Assembly (NCBI GenBank): GCA_945878795.1
Contig: CAMDWF010000001.1
Location: forward strand, 1-41,708
Length of the DNA stretch: 41,708 nt
Direction of reading: 5' to 3'
Origin: Synechococcus sp. UW140
GTDB taxonomy: Bacteria > Cyanobacteriota > Cyanobacteriia > PCC-6307 > Cyanobiaceae
Positions 1 to 8,345 of the stretch are shown here, one piece after another. Within the stretch, counting starts at the first letter, position 1. The number at the start of each line of letters is the position of its first letter. The translations under genes and the position numbers were made by a program. The notes under the pieces are model-generated. The model did no database searches and was not told where the DNA came from. It saw only the letters and a program-made list of their open reading frames with translations.

Positions 1-309
1 TGGCCCCTGGCCTTGCAGCAGGAGGGTCTGCTGATTCGCCCTACCCCCGACACCCTGGCGGAGTTGGAGGCCCTACTGGAGCAGGCTGCGGCCTCCCAGT
101 GGGTCCTGGCCCTGCTCAAACTCGGCCACCGCTGGAGTTGGGTGCGCCAAGCCCTGGGCGCCCGCGGCTTGCTGGAGGGGTCGCTGTTTGCCCAGCGGGT
201 GGGCTGGCCCGACCAGCTCTTGGCGAGCGCAGCTGCGATGCCTGCCGACGAGCAGCCCTACTTCTCCCTCCTATTGATCCGCCAGGGTTGGCCCGAGGTT
301 TTGCCGTAG
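1..309 (+). CDS. cobI: Precorrin-2 C20-methyltransferase, 3' part (5' truncated by window)
   Basis: Frame +1 open from base 1 to TAG at 307-309; C-terminus VLALLKLGHRW...QRVGWPDQ...PYFSLLLIRQ resembles cyanobacterial CobI/CbiL ends; overlaps the dusB 3' end by 39 bp. Confidence 0.7.
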   Translation, partial: WPLALQQEGLLIRPTPDTLAELEALLEQAAASQWVLALLKLGHRWSWVRQALGARGLLEGSLFAQRVGWPDQLLASAAAMPADEQPYFSLLLIRQGWPEVLP

Positions 310-1287
310 GGCCTGATCAAGCAGGGCCAGGGCCTCAGCCGAGGTGGGCGCCCGCATCAGGGCCTGGCGCAGGGGGGCGGCGCCGGCAAAGCCCTGGCAG
401 GTCCAGCCCATGTGTTTGCGGGCGATCAGCAGGCCGTGCTCCCCCTTGGCGGCCACCAGGGCCTGGAGATGCTCGGCGGCGAGCAGGAGCCGCTTGTCGG
501 GGCCCGGGGTGGGGGGTTCGGGGCGCCCGGTGAGGACCGCATCGATTTGACCCACGATCCAGGGGGCTCCCATGGTGGCCCGCCCCACCATCACCCCATC
601 GGCACCGGTGAGGGCCAGGCAGCGCAGGGCGTCGGCGCCGGTGTGGATGTCGCCATTGGCGATCACCGGGATGGTGAGGGCCGCTTTCACCTGGGCAATC
701 GCCGCCCAATCGGCCTGGCCCTTGAAGCCCTGCTCCCGGGTGCGGCCATGCAGGGTGAGCAGTTGGGCTCCAGCGTTTTGCAGCTGGGTGGCAAAGCCCA
801 CGGGATCGGCGCTGCTGCCGCACCATCCCAGCCGGGTTTTGGCCGTGACCGGGATCCGCACGGCCGCGGCGATCGCCGCCACGATCCGGGTGGCCAGTTC
901 GGGATCGCGGATCAGGCCACTGCCGCCGCCTTTTTTGGCGATCTTTTTCACCGGGCAACCCATGTTGATGTCGATCAAAAAGGCGCCCTCGGCTTCGGCC
1001 CGCCGGGCGGCTTCCGCCATGGCCGCCGGCCGCACATCAAACAGCTGCACGCCCACGGGCCCCGGCTCCTCGCTGAGCTCTTCCACCTTTTGGCGCCCGT
1101 GGCCCAGCTCCAGCCCCGTGGCATTCACCATTTCGGTGAACAGCAGGGCGTCGGGGGCCCAGCGGCGCACCAGGCCGCGAAAAATCCGATCGCTCACCCC
1201 CGCCAGCGGGGACTGGAGCACCCGGCAGCCCAGCTCGCGGGGCGTGCCATTGCCGGCCAGCTGGAGTGGACTTGAAAAGAGGACCAT
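271..1287 (-). CDS. dusB: tRNA-dihydrouridine synthase DusB
   Basis: Motifs QSPLAGVSD, TEMVNA, IDINMGCP (catalytic Cys), GGGSGL, LHGRT, VIANGDI, DGVMVGRA; start moved to ATG at 1287 (MVLFSS) because the longer ORF overlaps the divergent gene. Confidence 0.93.
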   Translation of the reverse strand: MVLFSSPLQLAGNGTPRELGCRVLQSPLAGVSDRIFRGLVRRWAPDALLFTEMVNATGLELGHGRQKVEELSEEPGPVGVQLFDVRPAAMAEAARRAEAEGAFLIDINMGCPVKKIAKKGGGSGLIRDPELATRIVAAIAAAVRIPVTAKTRLGWCGSSADPVGFATQLQNAGAQLLTLHGRTREQGFKGQADWAAIAQVKAALTIPVIANGDIHTGADALRCLALTGADGVMVGRATMGAPWIVGQIDAVLTGRPEPPTPGPDKRLLLAAEHLQALVAAKGEHGLLIARKHMGWTCQGFAGAAPLRQALMRAPTSAEALALLDQALRQNLGPTLADQ

Positions 1288-1325
1288 CGTGGATCCATTC
1301 TCAGGGCTCGCTGCCTTGCCCCCCT

Positions 1326-1796
1326 GTGCCAGCCGCCACCACGGCCGAGGCCTTCCCCCTGAGCCGGGCCCTGCTGGAGGCGGTATTGGCCGACCGCACC
1401 AGCGATCGCTTCGTGTGTGAATTGATCTGGCCGCGCCTGGGCTACGCCCCCGATGGCTCCGGCGTTTGGAGCGCCGGCCCCGGGGCAAGCGCCGATTGGC
1501 TGGAGTCGTTCCCTGTGGAGCCCCAGTTCATTGCCGAGCGGCCCGCAAGCGTGCGCCTCACCCGCTCGATTGCCAAAGAGCACAAGCAATTGCTTAAGCA
1601 GCAACTGGGCTTTGCCGGTTACACCATTGGGGAGCTCTACCCCAGGCGCACCCGCCGGGCCACCGCCGTGAATTGGTTGCTGGCCCACCTGGCCGAGCGG
1701 GGCGAGCCTTTGGCAGATACAGGGCCCCTGCCGGCCTTAAGGGATGCCCCCGCCGATCCGGTCGCCGGCCACCCTGGCGATTTACCCGTGGGATGA
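1326..1796 (+). CDS. Conserved cyanobacterial protein, DUF1823-like
   Basis: SDRFVCELIWPRLGY, RPASVRLTRSI.KEHKQLLKQQLGF.GY.IGELYPRRTRRATAVNWLL; probable GTG start at 1326. Confidence 0.75.
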   Translation: MPAATTAEAFPLSRALLEAVLADRTSDRFVCELIWPRLGYAPDGSGVWSAGPGASADWLESFPVEPQFIAERPASVRLTRSIAKEHKQLLKQQLGFAGYTIGELYPRRTRRATAVNWLLAHLAERGEPLADTGPLPALRDAPADPVAGHPGDLPVG

Positions 1797-1868
1797 GCTA
1801 GGGATTTGGAGGCGGGCACCATCGCTCTGTAGGGTCAAGTCAAGACCAGTAGACAGGGATAAGCCGTT

Positions 1869-3233
1869 TTGGCGCTTCCAGTAGTGGCCATCATTGGCCG
1901 GCCCAACGTGGGCAAATCCACCCTGGTGAACAGGCTTTGCCGCAGCAGGGAAGCCATTGTTCACGACCAACCGGGGGTCACCCGGGACCGCACCTACCAA
2001 GAGGGGTACTGGGGCGACCGCACCTTCAAGGTGGTGGATACGGGCGGTTTGGTGTTCGACGACGACAGTGAATTCCTGCCCGAAATTCGCGAGCAGGCCA
2101 ACCTCGCCTTGGCGGAAGCCTCCGTGGCCCTGGTGATCGTCGATGGTCAACAGGGTCTGACCGGAGCGGATCAATCGATCGCCGAGTGGCTGCGGGGCCA
2201 AGGGGTGCCCACCTTGCTGGCGGTGAACAAGTGCGAGTCGCCGGATGCGGGCCTGGCCATGGCGGCCGATTTTTGGACCCTGGGCCTGGGCGAGCCCTAT
2301 CCCATCTCAGCGATCCACGGGGCCGGCACCGGCGATCTGCTCGACAAGGTGATCAGCTTTTTGCCTGCCACCGAACTGATCGAAGGCCAGGAGGAGCCCA
2401 TTCAGCTGGCGATTATTGGCCGGCCCAATGTGGGTAAATCCAGCCTGTTGAATGCGGTCTGCGGTGAGAACCGGGCGATCGTGAGCCCGATCCGGGGCAC
2501 CACCCGCGACACCATCGACACCACGATTGAGCGGGAAGACAAAACCTGGAAATTGCTGGATACGGCAGGCATTCGCCGCCGCCGTTCGGTGAGTTACGGC
2601 CCCGAGTACTTCGGCATTAACCGCAGTTTCAAGGCCATCGAGCGCTCCGATATTTGCGTGCTGGTGATCGATGCCCTTGATGGCGTCACCGAACAGGATC
2701 AGCGCCTGGCCGGCCGCATCGAAGAAGACGGCCGCGCCTGCGTGGTGGTGGTAAACAAATGGGATGCCATTGAGAAAGACAGCCACACCATGCCGGCCAT
2801 GGAAAAGGAGCTGCGCGCCAAGCTCTATTTCCTCGATTGGGCGCCGATGTTGTTCACCTCGGCCCTCAATGGCCAGCGGGTCCAGGCCATTTTCCCCTTG
2901 GCCCTGCTGGCCGTGGAGCAGCACCGCCGCCGGGTGTCCACCTCGGTGGTGAATGAAGTTCTCCAGGAGGCCGTGAGTTGGCGCTCGCCTCCTACCAGCC
3001 GCGGTGGTCGCCAGGGCCGCATCTACTACGGCACCCAGGTGGCCGTGCGGCCCCCGAGCTTCACCCTGTTTGTTAACGAGCCCAAGCTCTTTGGCGACAC
3101 CTATCGCCGCTACGTGGAACGCCAGATTCGCGAAGGTCTGGGCTTTGAGGGCACCCCGATCAAGCTGTTTTGGCGCGGGAAGCAGCAGCGGGATGCCGAG
3201 AAGGAGTTGGCCCGCCAGCAAGCTCGCCACTGA
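1869..3233 (+). CDS. der: Ribosome biogenesis GTPase Der (EngA)
   Basis: Two tandem G domains ([34 protein letters not shown]) and KH-like C-terminal domain. Confidence 0.98.
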   Translation: MALPVVAIIGRPNVGKSTLVNRLCRSREAIVHDQPGVTRDRTYQEGYWGDRTFKVVDTGGLVFDDDSEFLPEIREQANLALAEASVALVIVDGQQGLTGADQSIAEWLRGQGVPTLLAVNKCESPDAGLAMAADFWTLGLGEPYPISAIHGAGTGDLLDKVISFLPATELIEGQEEPIQLAIIGRPNVGKSSLLNAVCGENRAIVSPIRGTTRDTIDTTIEREDKTWKLLDTAGIRRRRSVSYGPEYFGINRSFKAIERSDICVLVIDALDGVTEQDQRLAGRIEEDGRACVVVVNKWDAIEKDSHTMPAMEKELRAKLYFLDWAPMLFTSALNGQRVQAIFPLALLAVEQHRRRVSTSVVNEVLQEAVSWRSPPTSRGGRQGRIYYGTQVAVRPPSFTLFVNEPKLFGDTYRRYVERQIREGLGFEGTPIKLFWRGKQQRDAEKELARQQARH

Positions 3234-4147
3234 TGGATTGGCTGCGCCAGTTGCCGATCGGCCAATTCGTGGCCGAGGAGCAGGGGGGGCGCGGCAGCTG
3301 GCTGCGTCAGCTCGATCCCCGGCTCAAGCTCGCCTGGACCCTGGCTTTTTTAATCACCCCTATCCTGGCTGGACCGCTCTGGCGCCTTTCCCTGGTGGGG
3401 CTGTTGCTCCTCATCACCGCGGCCAGTGGCTTGCCCTGGCGGCTCTGGCGGCGCAGCCTGCCGGCCCTGATTGTGTTGGCTCTGCTGGTGGGTTTGCTTT
3501 CGGCGGTGTTGCCCGAGGGCTCGGTGCCGGCGGCGCCCCTGCAACGCCCGCCCAGCGAAGTGCGGCTGGCCCCGGGTGCCCCCCAGAGTGCGCCGCCCCA
3601 GCGGGCCGGGGAAGCCTGGGAACTGGCCCGTTGGGGCCCAGTTTCGGTGAGCCGGCGCTCGGCCGAGCTCGGCCTCAATGGAGCCACCTTGCTGTTCACC
3701 CTGGTGCATAGCGCCAACCTGTTGCTGCTCACCACCCCGCCTGAAGAGCTCGTGTGGGCGATCAGTTGGCTGCTCCAACCCCTGGTCAGGCTGGGCTGGC
3801 CCGTGGAGCGCTTGGGCTTCACCTTGCTGTTGGCCCTGCGCTTTTTGCCCTTGGTGCAAGAAGAGCTGCAAAACCTTTTGCGTGCGGTTGCCACCCGTGC
3901 GGTGAATTTCAAGAGCCTGGGCTGGCGTGGCTGCCTGGGCCTGGTGTTGGCCCTGGGGGAGCGGCTCCTGGCCAACGTGTTGTTGCGCTCAGAGCAGGGG
4001 GCGGAAGCCTTGATGGCCCGCGGGGGCTATTGGGTTCCGGCGGATCAATTGCACCAAATGGCTCCGGCAGCCTTGCTGACCAACGCCTTCGGCTTCGGCG
4101 GCTTGGGGCTGCTGCTGCTGCTGCGCTGGAAAGCCGGTGCCCTTTAA
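3233..4147 (+). CDS. ECF transporter transmembrane T component (CbiQ/EcfT family)
   Basis: ATG overlaps der stop (TGATG); [39 protein letters not shown] motif; multiple hydrophobic segments. Confidence 0.88.
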   Translation: MDWLRQLPIGQFVAEEQGGRGSWLRQLDPRLKLAWTLAFLITPILAGPLWRLSLVGLLLLITAASGLPWRLWRRSLPALIVLALLVGLLSAVLPEGSVPAAPLQRPPSEVRLAPGAPQSAPPQRAGEAWELARWGPVSVSRRSAELGLNGATLLFTLVHSANLLLLTTPPEELVWAISWLLQPLVRLGWPVERLGFTLLLALRFLPLVQEELQNLLRAVATRAVNFKSLGWRGCLGLVLALGERLLANVLLRSEQGAEALMARGGYWVPADQLHQMAPAALLTNAFGFGGLGLLLLLRWKAGAL

Positions 4148-4169
4148 TGGTTCAAGCGCTACAGACGGA

Positions 4170-4436
4170 GTGAGCACAGAGCGATACCTCAACCATCCCA
4201 CGTTTGGGATGCTCTACCGGGTCGCCCAGGTCTCTGAGGATCGGGACTTGTTCGCCACGCTCTATGCCCAGCGCATCTTTTTTGTAGTCACCCTCCAGGC
4301 GAAGGGAGCCAGTTTTGAGGTGGTGCCCCTGATGGATGCCCGCCATTTCGCCGAGCAAAATCTGGCCCGGGCCCGGCGGGAAGGGGTCCAGGCCCATGGC
4401 TACTGGCGCCAATTGTTCGATCAAACCTTCATTTGA
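4170..4436 (+). CDS. pipX: PII-interacting protein X
   Basis: GTG start, ERYLNHPTFGMLY...LFATLYAQRIFF...F.QTF; 88 aa; canonical position upstream of pipY. Confidence 0.95.
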   Translation: MSTERYLNHPTFGMLYRVAQVSEDRDLFATLYAQRIFFVVTLQAKGASFEVVPLMDARHFAEQNLARARREGVQAHGYWRQLFDQTFI

Positions 4437-5110
4437 ACGATCCCGGGCCCGGCGAAACCCTGTCGCTTGGCCAACGGTTGGAGGCCCTGGGCCGCGCCCT
4501 TCCCCAGGGCGCCCGCCTGTTGGCGGTGAGCAAGGGCCATCCCGCGGCGTTAATTCGCGAGGCGGCGGTCTTGGGCCAAATGAGCTTTGGCGAAAGCCGG
4601 GTGCAGGAAGCCATCGCCAAGCAGGCCGAACTGGCCGATCTTCCCCCCTTGGATTGGCATTTCATCGGACGCTTGCAGGCCAATAAGGCCCGCCAGGTGG
4701 TGCGCCATTTCGGCACGATCCACTCGATCGACAGCCTGGCGTTGGCCCAGCGGCTGGCCCGCATTGCCTCCGAAGAGGGGTTGGCCCCCCGGGTGTTGTT
4801 TCAGGTGAAATGCCGTCCGGATCCCAACAAAACCGGCTTTGAGCCGGAGCTTCTGCTCCAGCAATGGCCCGAGCTGGGCGCCCTGCAGCCCCTGCAGCCC
4901 GTGGGCTTGATGACGATTGCACCGATGGGATGCAACGCCCAGGAACGGCTGGCCTTGTTTGGTGATTGCAGCCGGCTGGCCGATCACTTGGGGTTGCCTG
5001 AGCGTTCGATGGGCATGAGTGGCGATTGGCCTGAAGCGGTGGCTGCCGGCAGCACTTGGGTGCGGATTGGCAGCGGAGTGTTTGGTCAGCGGGCCACATT
5101 GCCTGGCTAA
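4433..5110 (+). CDS. pipY: YggS/PLPBP family pyridoxal phosphate homeostasis protein
   Basis: LLAVSKGH, FGESRVQEA, WHFIGRLQANK, GLMTI, SMGMSGD, GSTWVRIGS. Confidence 0.95.
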   Translation: MNDPGPGETLSLGQRLEALGRALPQGARLLAVSKGHPAALIREAAVLGQMSFGESRVQEAIAKQAELADLPPLDWHFIGRLQANKARQVVRHFGTIHSIDSLALAQRLARIASEEGLAPRVLFQVKCRPDPNKTGFEPELLLQQWPELGALQPLQPVGLMTIAPMGCNAQERLALFGDCSRLADHLGLPERSMGMSGDWPEAVAAGSTWVRIGSGVFGQRATLPG

Positions 5111-5194
5111 TCACAACGAATTTGCTGCTGTAACCCTTGCCTTCATTGAGCGAAGACGTTATTTAGGTGGATAAGGATCCCTGAGGTTTTCTCT

Positions 5195-5743
5195 GTGTCG
5201 TTGTTTTCTCGCCTGCGTGCCGTTGTCTCTGGAGATGACTACCTCGATGGCGACTATGACGATGAGCTTGATTACGACGGTGGCGAGTTCGACGAGCCCG
5301 CTCCCACCAGTCGCTCCAATGCTCTGGCCCTGACCTCCAGCTTCAATACGGAAGATCCGTTTGCTGGCACCAATGTGATTGGCATGCCTGGGCTTTCGGC
5401 CGGTTCGTCCGAGGTCACCTTGATGGAGCCGCGCAGCTTCGATGAGATGCCCCGGGCCATCCAGGCCCTGCGGGACCGCAAAACCGTGATCCTCAACCTC
5501 ACGATGATGGAGCCGGATCAGGCCCAGCGGGCCGTGGATTTTGTGGCCGGCGGTACCTTCGCCATCGATGGCCATCAAGAGCGCGTGGGCGAAAGCATCT
5601 TCCTGTTTGCCCCCAGCTGCGTGACCGTCACCACGGCCTCCAGCGATGAAGCCTCCTCCCCCACGATCGTCAACCGTGAGGTGAGCGAGCCCGTTGAGGC
5701 AGCGCCGAGTCCCGCTTGGGGCCGCCAGGACACCGCAATCTGA
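5195..5743 (+). CDS. sepF: Cell division protein SepF
   Basis: N-terminal amphipathic [40 protein letters not shown]. Confidence 0.95.
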   Translation: MSLFSRLRAVVSGDDYLDGDYDDELDYDGGEFDEPAPTSRSNALALTSSFNTEDPFAGTNVIGMPGLSAGSSEVTLMEPRSFDEMPRAIQALRDRKTVILNLTMMEPDQAQRAVDFVAGGTFAIDGHQERVGESIFLFAPSCVTVTTASSDEASSPTIVNREVSEPVEAAPSPAWGRQDTAI

Positions 5744-5751
5744 GCATCGCC

Positions 5752-6549
5752 TTGAACAACACCCCCTCCCTGGGCGTGGTTGGCCTGGGCCGCATGGCCC
5801 AGGCTTTGCTGTTTCCCCTGCTTGAGGCCGGCCTGGTCGAGGGTGCCGGTGTGCGCGCCGTCGTGGCCAGTGGGGCGTCGGCCGCCCGGCTGGCCCAGGC
5901 CCATGGCCTGGCCGTGGGCACCGATCCCACGCAAGCCTGGGCAGCCCCGGTGGTGTTGCTCGCGGTTAAGCCCCAACAGCTCGATCAGGTGGCCCTGGCC
6001 GCCAGCCCTGGCCAGCAGGGGCTCTTGATCTCCGTGTTGGCAGGGGTCAAGTTGGAGCGGCTGCAACGCCTTTTCCCCGCCTGGCATTGCGTGCGGGCCG
6101 TGCCCAATACCCCGTCCTTGGTGCGGGCGGGCCTCACGGGGTTGGCCTTTGGTGCCGGGGTCTCCAGCGCCCAACGGGCCTGGGTGGAGGCGTTGTTTGG
6201 CCTGGTGGGCGAGGTCCATGAGCTGCCGGAAGCCCAGCTCGATGCCTTTTTGGCCCTCACCTCATCGGGGCCCGCCTTTGTGGCCTTGGTGGCCGAGGGC
6301 ATGGCGGATGGGGCCGTGGCGGCCGGGCTGCCCCGCAGCCTGGCCCATCGGATGGCCCACCGCACCTTGGCCGGAACGGCAGCCCTGTTGGATGGGCAAG
6401 GGCTCCATCCTGGCCAGCTCAAAGACATGGTGAGCAGCCCCGGGGGCACCACCATGGCCGGGCTCAGGATGCTGGAAAAGGCTGGGGTGCGATCGGCGTT
6501 GCTCGAAGCGGTGGTGGCCGCAGCCCAACGCAGCCAAGAGTTGGGCTAG
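5752..6549 (+). CDS. proC: Pyrroline-5-carboxylate reductase
   Basis: GLGRMA dinucleotide-binding motif, LAVKPQ, ISVLAGV, RAVPNTP, SSGPAF, VSSPGGTT; probable TTG start at 5752. Confidence 0.95.
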   Translation: MNNTPSLGVVGLGRMAQALLFPLLEAGLVEGAGVRAVVASGASAARLAQAHGLAVGTDPTQAWAAPVVLLAVKPQQLDQVALAASPGQQGLLISVLAGVKLERLQRLFPAWHCVRAVPNTPSLVRAGLTGLAFGAGVSSAQRAWVEALFGLVGEVHELPEAQLDAFLALTSSGPAFVALVAEGMADGAVAAGLPRSLAHRMAHRTLAGTAALLDGQGLHPGQLKDMVSSPGGTTMAGLRMLEKAGVRSALLEAVVAAAQRSQELG

Positions 6550-6577
6550 GGCCCAAACCTGCCCTTTGGCGAACCCT

Positions 6578-7243
6578 TTAGCCGGCTCCTGGGCCTGGTT
6601 TCTTGCTGCCCAGCCTGGGTTCCGTGCCTGCCCAAAGCCGTTCGATATTGCTGCGGTGCCTCCACATCACCAGCAAGGTGGTGAGTACGGCTAGCAGCAG
6701 GTAGGCGGGGCGAATCCCGCTACTGCCAAAGGAGCCCACCATCAGCAGGGGCAGGCTTAGGGCCGCCACCACGCTCGATAGCGACACAATCCGGCTGAAG
6801 GTGAGCACCGCCAGAAAGATGCCGAAACAGGCCAGTCCCACCGGCCAAGACACCCCCAGCAGCATGCCTAGGCCAGTGGCCACGGCCTTGCCGCCTTTCC
6901 AGCCCAGCCAGATGGGCCAAATGTGACCGGCCAATCCAGCCAGGCCCGCCAGCACGATCCAGCCATCGATTTGCCAGCCCGCGGGGCTGAGGGGCTGGCC
7001 CAGGGGCTCCAGCACCGCCTTGGCCAGCAGCACCGCCAGGGCGCCCTTGAGCACGTCCACCACAAAGACTGCGAGCGCAGGGCCCTTGCCCACCACCCGC
7101 AGCACGTTGGTGGCGCCGGTGGAACCCGAACCTTCCTGGCGGATATCGATCCCCTTGAGCCAGCGGCCCGCGAGATAGCCGCTGGGGATGGAGCCGAGTA
7201 GGTAGCCCGCCACAAGCACGGGGATGGCAATCAGAGGGGTCAT
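6578..7243 (-). CDS. plsY: Glycerol-3-phosphate acyltransferase PlsY
   Basis: GYLLGSIPSG, GSGSTGATNVLR, DVLKG, GHIWP...GGKAVATG, HRSNIERL.GTE. Confidence 0.96.
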   Translation of the reverse strand: MTPLIAIPVLVAGYLLGSIPSGYLAGRWLKGIDIRQEGSGSTGATNVLRVVGKGPALAVFVVDVLKGALAVLLAKAVLEPLGQPLSPAGWQIDGWIVLAGLAGLAGHIWPIWLGWKGGKAVATGLGMLLGVSWPVGLACFGIFLAVLTFSRIVSLSSVVAALSLPLLMVGSFGSSGIRPAYLLLAVLTTLLVMWRHRSNIERLWAGTEPRLGSKKPGPGAG

Positions 7244-7251
7244 GGGGCTGG

Positions 7252-8202
7252 TTAGTAGAACTCTTCTTCGGTGCTGATTTCGCCAGGTCCGGCGGCAAAG
7301 GCCAGCCAGAGGGGGAATTGCAAGACAGGAATATCCACCACCTGCTCGGCGGCGTCGATCACGATGAAGGGCAGCTCGCCCCGCTCCTCGATCCGATCGG
7401 CCCGCTCGATCAGGGCATCGGCCCGCTCAAACAGCACGATCCCGCTGGTGGGACCGAAGTCTTCGCGGGCGAGGCCCAGGCAGTCTTGGAGCCCGCGGCG
7501 CCATTCCCCAAGCCGTTCCGGTTGGCCGGCTAGCACCAGGGTTTGGAAGCGATCGCCGTAGAGCTCCCCCAGGATGGCGATCGCCGCTGAGGCCACCAGG
7601 GCATTGCGGCTGCGACTGCCCGTGCTGGGCTGGGCGCCCCGGCCCCCCTGGCCAAGAAACCAGTCGTCGAGGCAGGCGGCTCCAGGGGCGTCCAAGGTGC
7701 GCCGGAGTTTCCAGGCATCGGCATAGAAGTCGGGCTGGCCGCCAAAGGAGGCCAGCCGTTCGCGAATTAGGGCTTCGTCCTGGCTGAACAGCCCCGCAGC
7801 CCCGGGGATCGGGGGGGCGTTTGTGGCTTCCGCGTTGGTTGGGCTACCAGCCGATGCGGCTGCTGCGGCATCGAGGGGGGAGGGTTGGACCAGCACCTGT
7901 TGGGGCACCAGGTCCACGTGTTCGGCGGCTACGGCCAGATCCTGTAGGGCGCCCACCAGGTAGTCCTGGAATCCCTTCATCCTGCGGGCCACCCCATCTG
8001 CCTGGCCAGCGAAGGTGGATTGAATCTCTTTTTGAATCAGGGCCCTACGGCCCTCCAGGGCGCTGATTTCCGCTTGGAGGGCATCCCGCTGTTGGCGCAG
8101 TTCCGTCAGGGCCAGATCTGGCCATTGGGGTCGGGATGGATCATCAGCCTTGGGGTCCGGTTCGAAGGAGGAGAGCAAGGGGGAAAAGGGATCATCGGCC
8201 AA
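7252..8202 (-). CDS. Conserved cyanobacterial protein, DUF3086-like
   Basis: Coiled-coil N-terminus, GFQDYLVGALQDL, PDFYA..WKLRR, QGGRGA, RLGEWRRGLQDCLG, DFGP..GIVLFE; commonly adjacent to plsY. Confidence 0.8.
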   Translation of the reverse strand: MADDPFSPLLSSFEPDPKADDPSRPQWPDLALTELRQQRDALQAEISALEGRRALIQKEIQSTFAGQADGVARRMKGFQDYLVGALQDLAVAAEHVDLVPQQVLVQPSPLDAAAAASAGSPTNAEATNAPPIPGAAGLFSQDEALIRERLASFGGQPDFYADAWKLRRTLDAPGAACLDDWFLGQGGRGAQPSTGSRSRNALVASAAIAILGELYGDRFQTLVLAGQPERLGEWRRGLQDCLGLAREDFGPTSGIVLFERADALIERADRIEERGELPFIVIDAAEQVVDIPVLQFPLWLAFAAGPGEISTEEEFY

Positions 8203-8345
8203 CAGTATTAGCCAGGATTGTGCCAGTCATTGCTTTGGCAGTTGCTTGCTAGCCAGTCCCCTAACTGAGTAGGAGTTGCCAGCATTACCCGGTTTTGCAG
8301 CGGTAGTGCCTCTAAAGTGCTGCGACAGCAAACTTATAGCCCCGA

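Noticed and set aside
1288-1488. 67-aa N-terminal extension of DusB
   Set aside because: Arg/Pro/Gly-rich, overlaps the divergent DUF1823-like gene; ATG at 1287 gives a normal-length protein
6541-6556. ttgggc-tagg-gcccaa hairpin at the proC stop as terminator
   Set aside because: Only a 6-bp stem with no U-tract
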